Below, piece after piece: positions 35,910-47,009 of a DNA stretch of 64,000 bases. A program made the position numbers and the translations under genes. The stretch is from Raillietiella orientalis (lineage: Eukaryota): the NCBI GenBank assembly GCA_036172245.1, contig JAYWIR010000076.1:124001-188000 (forward strand), written 5' to 3'. Within the stretch, counting starts at the first letter, position 1, and each line of letters begins with the position of its first letter. Under the pieces are notes generated by a model, which worked only from the letters and a program-made list of their open reading frames with translations, searched no databases and was not told the origin of the DNA.

Positions 35910-38900
35910 TTGTCACCCGGTCACGCCGGGGCGTTTATTAATAATAATAAACTGGTCAGGGACAATGTCCCCAACCAACAGAATGACAGAGAACATATAA
36001 AAATTACCGGCACGCAGGCCTGGTAAACAAATCGCTCGCAGCGTCGGGGGAATGAGAGGAAACAAACAAAAATCAAAAACTGGAGGGAAGAGTAACGGGT
36101 TTTTGGTTAGGCTCCCTACTCACGGGGATTTGAACGATGAGCACCTAAGATGTTCCGGAATCTATGGAGACGCGGGTGTAAAAAGAAAATACAAAATTAG
36201 TTTATGGAGGGCAGGACAATGATCACCGGGTTGGCCGTTGCTGAGGGTGTGTAAACCGGCGGTGTATTGCGGCGAGATTCCTTTTTGTCTTCTCTGTCAA
36301 ATGAGGCCATCTAGCGGATGCTTTCATGTAAAAGGATGCTTTGCTGATTACCTCTTGGTGCTGTCCGTTGATTTCTAGCGCCTGGCGGACGGAAACTATC
36401 GCGCGTATGCAACCGAAGGTTGCAATCCTGGCGCTTAGTTACAGCCCGCTCGGCGTGAAGAATCGTCGCAGCAAGTCTCTTGCAGTGTCCACGGGAAGCA
36501 TTAGTGCTGTTGTCAGCCTACGCCACAGTCCCTGTAGGACACCGCAGTCCAGAAGTAGGTGCGGAATCGATTCCGTCGATCCGCACCGAACGCAGTTCGC
36601 AGACGCCAGTCCCCCGGTTTCACGATGCCAACGCTCGTTGCTCTGAAAACCCCAGTGAACGAAAAGCAGCACGGTTTGCTTCCAAGCAAGAGGAAGCAGA
36701 GAACTGTCCATAAACTGTGAAGGGACTACAAGTTCTTCGGGGGTGACAGCAAGTTCTTCTGCCCACCTTAGGAGTCCCTTTGCAGTAACACGTGGAGTGG
36801 CGGCTTCCGCCAACTCACTTGTCTTCCAGGCGCCAACGAGTTTGGTTTTTCTCGCTATCGTGCAGGATTCCTCGCACCTCGCCGGTTAGTAACTGTCGTC
36901 ACTTGCCCTGAGGGCAGACAGCGCTGCCGCAAGAAACGTGGCAGCCAGGGTAGAAAACTTAGCCTCGTCCTGCAGTACTTCTTCCAAGGATCGTGGAAAA
37001 AATTGGTGCAGGGTGCGAAGATCCTCAGAGCGTATTCCTTGGAACGCAGTCCAGGATTCTACAGACTCCTGCCGCCAAGCTTTAAAGTTCATTGGGCGGC
37101 AGAAGATCCACGAGTGAGGTTCCGGAAGTGCGGTCAACTGCCGCAATGGAAACAAGAAACCCCGCTTCCTGTATTAAATGCCCGGGAAAAGCGAGAGAAA
37201 TCCTCCACTGCCGGCGCATCTCTGCAGGAGAATGCGGGCTGGCACACACAGGGGGGATATCCATAGCTGGGCACACAGTGCCAGCAGTCGGAACTGCACC
37301 TGCAGTCCGATTCGCTCCATTGTCAAGATACTTAAACCAGCATCCCGACGCAGAGCTAACAAATCTTTAAGGCGGATCCTGGATCTCGCCGGACCCTAGA
37401 GAGCGTTCCTGAGCAGGCGTTTAGCCCGCTGTTTTGCCGCATAGGGGGGGTCCAAAACAGAATACGGGAGACGGAGGAGGGGAGCCACAAAGGTGTTCCA
37501 AATAGTCGCCCGTTCCTGCAAGGTAAGCTTGCCGTTAAGGAACGGGCTGATGGCCAACTCTGCTTTCTGAAGACAGTCCGCCCAGGCTACGGCTGCGCCG
37601 AAAGCGCCCAACGGAACGCCAAGGTTCTTAAAGAACCCGCCCGTGGGGATCCCTAGGCGGATCCACTCGGACTGCCCTTCGCACGACGTACCCACAGGAA
37701 TGACCACGCTCTTCTCTCTGTTTACGCTCACGCCCGCTCCCCGACGAATCAGGTCGAAGAAATCCTCGACACTGGACGCCGGGGTGGACATGGGGAGCAG
37801 AAGAAGCAGGTCATCAGCGTAGGCGGCCACGGCGGGAGTTCCCGGGCAGGAGCTTGGAAAGTGAGACAGCGTCAGCCTGTATGCTCTTAGCACCAACTCA
37901 AAGAAGATGCTGAAGAGCAACGGGCTCAAGCTGTCGCCCTGTCGGATGCCCCTACGAAAGGGAATACCATACACGCGGCAGCCGCTGAAAGTGATGCAGG
38001 TTAGCGCGTGGCGCGAGCATTCGCGCAAATACAGCAGGAGTTGCGCCGGGAACCCAAGGCGTTCCATAAGCTCCAAAAGCAGCTTCTGGTTTACGCAGTC
38101 CAACGCCTTGTGGAGATCAACCGCGACCGCCAAGGCACCTGTTGTTGCCTCCTGCCGTCGGCGCCTGTTCTTCTTCCCTGCGGCAGTGAATATCGCAGCA
38201 GCCTGGCTTTGGTGCGCCACAACTTCCTGCAGCTGCATCCATGTACGCGCGAAAAGGATGTTCGCCTCCATGGATCGTCCCGGAACCGCGTAGGTTTGTT
38301 CCGGGCTCACCACAGATTCCGCGATACTTCCTAACCGCGCGACCCACAGCTTGGAAAACAAGTTGACGTCCGAGTTCACCAAGGTGAACGGACGCCAGTT
38401 GTTAAGTTGACGCAAGTCTCCGCCTTTCGGCAGGAGACGCACCTTCGCTGAGCGGAAGGAATCCGGGACATTCCCAGATTCACTCATCAGCGTCGCGAGT
38501 TTCAGCATCAATGGAATGAGCTCCACTGCAAAGCACTGATAAAACTCTGCAGGGAGCCCATCCTCGCCTGGCGCCTTTCATCTCTTCAGCCCAGCGATTG
38601 CAAACGAAAATTCATCCGCCGTGAAGGGCTCGTCGAGACGTTCGCGTTCCTCCTCGCCGTCAACACGAGCATCCTGAGACAGGAGTATCTCAGAAAGAAT
38701 ATCCTCCGTCGGGGATTCCGCGTACAGAGAGGAGTAGTAGCGTCTCACAATGCGGCGTACTTCGGCTGGGGCCGAACATTCCTGGCCCTTGTCGTCCAAC
38801 AGGCATGCTGCTCCGGACTGCCAGACCTGTCGCTCGGCCCTCTCCTTGAACTCTGCGAGACGCCTGAGATCCGCGCGTCTCGAAAACGTGCGGCCCTGCA

Positions 38901-40240
38901 GAAAGTCTCTACTGTTGGCCACGCCCTCTCCGAAACCGCGTGGAAGCCGGTGCAAGGGGAATTGGCAGCAGAACTCGCGGACAGATCTTTTGAGATCGTC
39001 CCAGTCCGCAAGTTCTTGAATGGCAAAGCCTCGGAGGTATCCACGTAGATGCTCCGCAGCCTCCGGTTGGCTAAGCCAATCCGTCTGCATCCTCCAGCTT
39101 TGCAACGGAGGCCCCTGCCTGGCGGAAGGATCTCAAACTCCAACCTGTGGTGGTCAGAAAGCTTATTCAACAATCTTCCTCTCCTACCCACACGCGAATG
39201 CAGGTTTTCATCGAGGAAAACGTGATCAAGCGATCTTTTCATTCCAGGTTCGCTGACCATCAAGTTGGCGGCGTGCACGGACGCGCACATCTCGATGGGC
39301 AGCGCGCGCTCCCTCCGGCGGCTCCAATCGTCGGAGAGCAGGCGGACTTTGAAGTCCCCATCGACGAGGTGCGCCACTTGGAAACCGGAGTTGTTGAACC
39401 AGTGGCTCTGCACCTCACCAAAGAAAGCTATTCTTTCTTCGAGGTAGCGAGAGCCACTTGGCGCGTAGACGTTCGTAATGACGAGATCGATGGACTCGGA
39501 CCACTTGATTACAAGCTGGCCTATCCGTCCGTCGTCATCGAAACGAACACTACGCACCGCTTCCGCCATTTTTCCTTTTACGAGGAACGCGACGCCGCAC
39601 GTGTGTGCGCCGCCGCACCGCCAATGTAGCGTTCCGCCTGCGCGCTCCTCGATTTCGGCTGCCTGCTCGTCGGAGATTACGTGAATCTCCTGCAGGAGCG
39701 CGAGGTGGAAGAGGCGCAGGGCGTTGGCTACTAATCGCCTCTTCTCGTCGTTCTGTAGTCTGTTCACGTTGCAACACGTTACGGACAGACGACGAGAAGA
39801 CGCGATTCCCTGAATTACTGCTGGCATGTTGGCGGCTTTTTGCTTCCTTTGATTGGCTAGCGGATGGTAAGCAGCACTGCTGGCTGGAGATCACGGTCGC
39901 GACCGTCCGCCCTGGTGCTGCACGAATTCGAGTGCTCGTCTCCGGGTAGAGTCTTTTGACGGTTAAAAAAGCGGACGAAGGACCTCTACCGTATCGCACT
40001 TCGGGCAACGGGAGGGCTCGGGTCCGCTTGTGAGATTTTTGCGCTCCACGTGGTGACGTTGATCTCGGTCATCGGACATTGGAGCGGCTGGAGCTTCAGA
40101 TCGAGTTCCCAATGTTGTCACTTGTGCCGGAGTAGTGGTGCACCTGCTGGTGCGTCCCTGCATGTCTCCTCGTCAAGAAAGCCACTGGAAAGACAATACT
40201 AACGTCGTTTCTTTCACTCTGTGGATCCTGCATCAACCGA
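35910..40240 (-). mobile_element. Element C2, tandem to C1; full-length but broken ORF2, 5' truncated within ORF1 (right boundary approximate)
   Basis: 3' motif 35910-35939, RT 37396..38526 (YADD), APE 38745..39827. Confidence 0.87.
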
Positions 40241-40244
40241 TGTG

Positions 40245-41390
40245 GGCTCCAGATGCGGAGGGTGTCCGCCTTGGTTCGGAAAAATCAAGGATTGATCACC
40301 TGTCGCCCCTCGAACAGTGGTATCTGGTTGCTGGAAACTGTTTGCACGTGGGGACAGTTCGGCATGCAACGCTCCCAACAGGAACGACGGTTTCTGTTTG
40401 GGGGTTATAGAAGTTGCACGCTCCGAGAGGTCCTGAAGGATCCGAAGAAACGAGCGTGGTCAGTAAGAACCCCCATCGCTGCTGAGCTGGACTCCCTAGT
40501 GGAAGATCAGGACAGCGATGTTGCGGCGAAGTGGGTGGTTTCAGTTACAATCTGCGGAAAGGAGGAGAAGCTAGGAGAGTGGAAGACGGGTCAGCTGACT
40601 GCCTCCCCAAGTACGCCTCCCCATGGACTTCTGCGCTGGGGCGCGTTGCTCGACATTTCCATTGAACATCTGAAGTGGCCCCCGGTACTAATGAAAACCT
40701 CCACCCTCCCCTTGAAATGGCAGGTGTCGGCTCTCCTGTTGCAGCACTGGGAACTCCCCTGCAACGCCCGCCGACACCACTGGACCTGGGGAGCGGAATA
40801 TCCCAATTGTGTTAGATGTGGGGAACGGGAGTGCCCCTCCACCTGCTTGTGGATTGTGTTGCCCTTAGGCCCCTTTGGTTTCGCTTTAACGCGGACATCG
40901 GAATCCCCTGCGGCAACCCCAGGGACGCACTGAAAGCCCTCTTCGTTGCCGACGCCCTTCGGCCAGCGGCCTCGTTAGCAGCTTTGTGCTGCCTACGCGG
41001 GATCGTCACCGCTTGGAGCAAGGCTACGGGAGGACAACGCGACCAGGGTGCCATCCAGCCAGCCTCCCAGTTCCTGAGGAGGGCGTCCCGATGGCCCCAC
41101 CTGGATCCAGGAATACAGAAGGAGCTTGCCGGCATCCTGCAAAGGATGCAACGGCCCCACCAGCAACTGTGATCCCTTCCCTTACCCTCCCAACTTTTCT
41201 TTTCTTTTTTGTTTTGTTTTTTGTTTTTCCCCCTTCCCCCTGCTGCCGTGGTGGACCGTACCGGTCTGCGAACCGGTGACCCGGCAGGCTCTGTGTTTCT
41301 TCGTGCGTGGCTGGAACCATGGTGCAGCCACTGCACGTCTTTGTAGAAGTTTATTTTACAATAAACGCCCCGGCGAAATCCGGGTGAAAA
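40245..41390 (+). mobile_element. Element G, 3' fragment (left boundary approximate)
   Basis: ORFs 40253..40933 and 40816..41172 (CVRCGERE, HLLVDC). AATAAA at 41360-41365 plus CCCGGcgaaatCCGGG-TGAAAA. Confidence 0.87.
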
Positions 41391-42186
41391 TCGAACGCCT
41401 TATGGAGATCGACTGGGATCGCTGCGAGCCCCTTCCCCGCCCGGGGGTCCCTTCCCAGCCCGGCTGGCAGCCCCAATGTGGGGTTGCCAACTTTCCCTAT
41501 CCCTTTCTCTTCTCTTCTCTGCAGGTGCACCCATGTGCTTGCGAAGAAGAGGTTGGCATCCATACTTCGCCCGGGAACAGCATAAGTCTGCTCCGGGCTA
41601 AATACGGATTCTGCCTCCTGCCCCAGACGCGAAGCCCATAACCCTGCTATCAACTTGGCATCCGTATTCACGATCGTGATCGGACGCCAGTTCTTTAAAT
41701 TCCTGAGGTCTCCCCCTTTCGGTAGGAGCCTCACTCTGGCTGACGTAAACCAGGCGGGAACATCGCCTTCGTCTCGGATCAGCCTGATCAACTCGAGAAC
41801 CAGGAGGGCCAGCTCTTCCGCGAAACTCTGAAAGAACTCCGCGGGCAAGCCGTCCTACCCTGGCGCCTTACGCCTCTTGAGCCTTTTGATACCGGCGAGA
41901 ATTTCACCGGTCGTGAAAGGCTCATCGAGGCTTTCTCTCTCCTCCTACCCTATCGCCACGGAACCACTAATGAGCAATCTCCGCAAGGCGTCTCGTTCGG
42001 GTGGTGTTTTTTGGCGTAAAGGGAATAATAAAAACTCTGCACGAGATTCCGTACCGCAACCGGGGACGAGCGTTCGCGTCCCAGGTCGTCCAGCATGCTG
42101 GCCGACCCGGATTATCAGGCTTGCCTCTTGGCCTCGGCGCGGTATTCAGCCAGGCGACGAACATTGGTGGTCCTCTCAAAAGGATG
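41391..42186 (-). mobile_element. Element H, A-like ORF2 fragment (linker and RT N-terminal half); host of G
   Basis: Closely matches A 2360-3140 (VHLQRREEKGIGKVGNPTLG..DLHKAF). Confidence 0.87.
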
Positions 42187-42189
42187 GGT

Positions 42190-43003
42190 CCATTTTTTGG
42201 ACAGACACCTGATTGACAAGCTTCCTTTAGATCATCTGGAATATCCACTCCAGACATATGCTTCATTACATGGACATAACTTCATATGCACATGACTTTT
42301 TGTTTCACCGTCCAGCAGAGAACCTTGCGAACTGTCTATCCAAGGAAAACGTACATAACGCATCAATTGACCTCCGTAACTTGCAACAGACTTACTCAAA
42401 TACGCTCGCGAATACACACGGATACCACGCACGCCAAAATAACGAGCAAAGCAGACAGATGTTTCGCCATGGCCAGCAATCACGTCCTCCAATTTACTGT
42501 ACGGCAAACCCTCCAAACCTTCAAAATAATCTCCTTGCTTCGATGATTGGTACAACATCATGTTTCGATATGACACCTCCATACCGCACTCATCACCCAT
42601 GTTACCAATAGTGACATAGGCTCCACCTTCATCGCGCAACTCTTCACGCGGACATATCTATAATACCTTGCAAATTGTATCAAATCTAAACTTCTGAATG
42701 CATTTTCCACGGAAATTTCTGTCTCCTGATACGTGAACATCCAAGAACAATTCAAGTGGTCACCATCTGCTGTTCTTAAAGAACTGTAATGCGTAGCTCC
42801 ATCTGTTACATCACGAGACACTACTCGAGTTACACGAGCTAATCGTAAAAGAGGGACCTTACACGTCTTCGGAAGTTCCAACGATGACCACGCTTAAATG
42901 TACTATATCCAGGTGCTCGTCTACTCAACCTACGCCTTTTTACTACTTCATAACCAACAACCTGCTTTCTCTTGCGAGAGCGAGCAGAACGAGGTGATGC
43001 CAT
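42190..43003 (-). pseudogene. cap: CRESS virus capsid (frameshifted)
   Basis: N-terminus MASPRSARSRKRKQVVGYEVVKRRRLSRRAPG..HRWNFRRRVRS, then QFARYYRYVRVKSCAMKVEP. Divergent from Rep across the origin. Confidence 0.75.
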
Positions 43004-43247
43004 TCCGCTGCTTGACAGCGTACTTGCGACCTAAGTCAACCCCACGCCCTCTTTTAGTCTAGCTGGTGGGCACGCCCACCCGACTTTATGAGCCTTTCGC
43101 GAGGTTGGGTTACGCCACGCACTTCCCACGTGGACAGCAACAGCTTGTTCCGCATTCCTAAGTCTTCCACGATTGCGGACATAAACCAGCCACTAAAAAT
43201 ATCTACTTGCAACATATCGGAATTTCCCAAGGATTTGCGTTGTCAGA

Positions 43248-43289
43248 GAAATGCAATCTGTGTAATACTATTTACCAGATTGCAATTTC
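43248..43289 (-). promoter_or_regulatory. Rolling-circle origin: stem-loop with the nonanucleotide TAGTATTAC
   Basis: Arms gaaatgcaatctg and cagattgcaatttc enclose gtaatacta (43262-43270), the reverse complement of TAGTATTAC. Confidence 0.92.
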
Positions 43290-43371
43290 TGCAGAGTTAC
43301 TCAGTATATATACCACTCCACAGACAACGAAATCCAAGTCTTACTTACAGTAAATTTCAGACAGCACCATT

Positions 43372-44385
43372 ATGGTGCCTTACGCATTATTTTTTAACTG
43401 GTGTCTCACTCTATGTAACTTCACCGATGATGAACTGAAGGACATCAAAGACTGGTGCCGATCGAACTGCTTGTTTGCATGCATCGGGAAAGAAACGTCA
43501 AGCACCGGCACACCACATCTCCAAGGTTACATGCAACTCAAAGAGCCTCGCACCATGCCTGGATTAAAGCGAAAACCATTTCATAAGTGCCATCTAAAAA
43601 AGGCACGCGGATCTCCTCAGAGCAACTTACGGTACTGCACTAAAGAAGACAAAAATGCCTGGACTTACGGAGCAATTCCACGACACAAACGAACCTACAA
43701 CTTACGAAGACTAGGTAAGCCACAAAAGTCGTTAACAACATGATCAAAAACCTCTCCACTAGGTACTCCAACTTATTAAAGATGGCACTGACAAGAAATT
43801 TATATTAAAGAAACACAAAATTTTACTCCAGGAACATAAACTTCGTAAAAGAGTGCTTCCGCCTTACACGCAGCAGAGCACATCCTAATCCATTAGACAA
43901 ACTATAACTCTAATCATGGCAAATGGACGTCCTAAAAATTATTCGCCAAAAACCCGAACTTCGCAAAATCTATTGGTACTATGATCCTGTCGGTGGCAGG
44001 CAAGACAACCATGGCGAAATTCCTCTATCTGAAAAAGGGTGCCATATACATGCACTCCTATAAAAAAGCAGATGCCGCTCACATCTACAACGGCGATCGC
44101 ATCATTGTAGTGGACTCCACCCGAGACACACAAGAAACATTTCAATATAGATTCATCGAAACGCTCAAAAATGAAATTATTTCCGACTCAAAGTATCAGG
44201 GATCCATCAAGTACTTTCAACCACCTCACATTCTTGTGTTCTCTAACTGGGAACCAAATTACGATAAAATGAGCATTGACAGGTGGACAGTTCGAGACAT
44301 ATCCAAATCTGATGCTTATCGTTTAACTTCTTGGATGATGGATGAAGAAGGTGCCATTCTCCCTTGGGCTTGCACTTTAAGCTAG
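43372..44385 (+). pseudogene. rep: CRESS virus replication-associated protein (HUH endonuclease + SF3 helicase), frameshifted
   Basis: Motif I WCLTLCN, II PHLQG, III YCTKE. Walker A split by a frameshift (YYDPVG / AGKT), Walker B IIVVD, motif C LVFSN. Confidence 0.92.
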
Positions 44386-44501
44386 GGCTTGAAGTACAGC
44401 GCAAGCCCGCGACTCGACTGACTCCTACTCCTCCACATTGTCACCCACTCCACCTTTTTTGATGAAATATAACATTCACTCGTTACTTTGCTCTTTCTTT
44501 A

Positions 44502-44790
44502 TTAGTATAAGCCTACATCTTTAAGATGCTTGAACACCACATAGTATTTACGAGTTACCCTGTATATCGGATATCCCTTAGTCAATCGCCCATTTTTCGG
44601 ACAAACACCTGATTGACAAGCTTCCTTTAATTCGTCTGGAATATCCACGCCAGACATGTGCTTCATTATATGTATACGGTTGAAATGAACAAAACTTTTT
44701 GTTTCCACATCGTTCAGGTAGCTTCGCTCAGCTGGCCGTTCAGCCAAGAACGTGTACGAAATGTCCGAACCTGCGCTTCCTCTCGTACTA
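44502..44790 (-). pseudogene. cap: Capsid C-terminal segment, diverged from the overlapping part of the first copy
   Basis: MKHMSGVDIPDELKEACQSGVCPKNG matches MKHMSGVDIPDDLKEACQSGVCPKNG at 42190-42266 and continues to YYVVFK and a stop. Confidence 0.78.
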
Positions 44791-47009
44791 AGCAGGATTG
44801 CTATCGCAAGGACCATTCGTCAGTGGGACACAACTAACCTATCTCGTGACGGTCCCAACCCAGCTCACGTTCCCCGTTGGTGGGTGAACACTTCAACGCA
44901 TGGCGAATTCTGCTTCGCATTGATAGGGAAGAGCCGACATCGAAGCATCAAGAAGCGACATCTTTATGAACTAAGTATGATGCTGAGGTGGCCCCTGAAG
45001 TTGCTTCTGGAGTTACTAAGGCTTGCGTGGATACTCCCACCCCAGATTCTCTGTGATGGCTCAGGCCACTGTGGTAGTTATAAGCTTCTTGAAGACCTTG
45101 GAGAACAAATAGAGGTCTTGCGAGATGCTTGTACTGAGACCTTTACAGAGTTGCGATCTATAGCTTCTCAGGCACCTGAGCCTAAAGAAGACTATTGTCA
45201 AGGCAGTGAAGGCCGGGGTCCGAGAATTCAGGGGAGAGGCTTTTGTGAATCATGCTCCCACAGTTGTACACAACCAGGGAAACTTGGTAGGTGAACTCCA
45301 GAAGGAGTCCATGTTATCAGGGAATGTTGCCAAAGGCCAGCTTTCAGGGTTGCAGGCAAATTGCGACCGATTATCATCGGAATTAGCCTCCCTGGAAAAA
45401 ATGATCGCGTCTGGGAAATCTTATCCGAGCCAGCGAAAGAGCAAAGCGTTTGCCTACGACAAGGTCGTGGGAGGAAGAATAACAATTCCTTAACAGCTTG
45501 CCATTTCCATTATGCTCCACCTAATAAAATGAGGAACTCCATTTCAGCTACTAAGTTACTAGTGAACGAACCTTTTTTCTTTCATGTACAATATCAAGGT
45601 AGTAATAATGTCTCCATCGCATGTCTTGTTCGAAAGGTTTGAGGTAAGCAAATATTTCATGAATCTCCTTTTTTGCTTTTATATAATGATTTTCTTCCTT
45701 AATTCCATCGCACTCAAACACCCTGCAGAGTTACATGGAGAGCATCTCGAGATACATAAACTGACATTTTGAGTAAGGATTCCGCTTACCTGCCCTTGAA
45801 ACTGAGACTCTCTTCTTCCTTTCCGCAAAGGACCAATGGCTACCTGATCATCCTGAGTGGGGTTTGCTTTTTGATGCTTTTCCATTGCCCCAGCACTGCA
45901 TCAGCTATTTATCAGTAATGCATAGATACTCGAGATTGATTTTCAATCTCTGTACCACCTTAGCGGAAACATTAACGCTGAAAGAGAAAGAAAAAAATGC
46001 ATTTGCAGCCTGACAACGTGGCCAACGTGAAACTAAGAATTGAGTGACACGCTGCATTTTCTTTTATGAATTTTGTGCTTTTTCATGGCTACCTTGCAGG
46101 GTTTAGCAGCATTACATGAAATTGGAATTCATGAAAATTCACTGTGTCCTCTTAAGTACACACAATTTACTTGACTTTCAAGTTTTTTGCATTAAAATGC
46201 ATATCGCTTGCTCCAAGGTATGATTTCATCTACTTATGTATCCCAATCTCCTTTTATTTTTGAGGAATGTGCTCCCAGCCACAGAATCTCTAAAGATGCA
46301 GCCTCATCATTGGTCTTTAGGTACATATACAAATACAATTGTCAATTTAAAATGAAAAAAAAAAAAACATCCTTGAGTTGAAATGGCACTCGGCAACAGC
46401 GCCTTTTCACCGTGAATTGCGTGGAGCGTAGTTGCAACGGTTGCCATCAGATTGTCTTTATGGAAAGTTTTCACATACTGCCGCCATATTTGAGGTTAAC
46501 TCTCTCACACACACCTTACTCAGTTTTCTCACACACGAACCTAAGGAGATCTGAACGTTCAGCCGAGCAGTTGGAGATTAGATGATATGCTTGCAGTCAA
46601 AGTGCCAAGAGCTGTTTCGGCATCAGACTGCCTTTTTTCCAGGAGATTCTCCTTGCGACAGGTAGGTCCGATTCCTCCAGACGCCTTTACTGTGTGTATT
46701 TAACCGTAATTAAAGAACGGAAGACCAAATCATGCTGAATATTTTAAAACATTGAACGCCTGGAAAGATGAAGAACTTACCCAAGGTACCACGATTAAAC
46801 CGAAATGCCAAAAGTAAAACCAGGAATAGTTTAATTAACGTTCCCAGCGCTACGGGAGCAAAATCACGACCGCCATCCAATCTAATGGCGGGTCAATAAG
46901 CTCACTGGAAGGTTTTTTTTTCCACTAATAATCCCAGAAATTCGTATGCTGCCCAGCAATAAGCTAGGCGTCTTATAATATGAAAGGATAATTTCTAACT
47001 TGGAACTTT

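Larger units (their letters stand above)
42190..44790. mobile_element. Endogenous CRESS-DNA (circovirus-like) viral element with ambisense Rep/Cap and origin
   Basis: Rep motifs on +, Arg-rich capsid on -, TAGTATTAC stem-loop between them. The capsid C-terminus reappears after Rep, as expected for a linearised circle. Confidence 0.9.

Noticed and set aside
1..42186. Prokaryotic RT system (retron, group II intron, DGR) or CRISPR array
   Set aside because: APE-RT plus CCHC ORF1 is LINE architecture, there is no repeat-spacer pattern, and neighbouring genes have spliceosomal introns.
41967..42266. 99-aa ORF as a capsid-retrotransposon fusion protein
   Set aside because: The capsid reads into an out-of-frame part of the H fragment, so this is a junction artefact.
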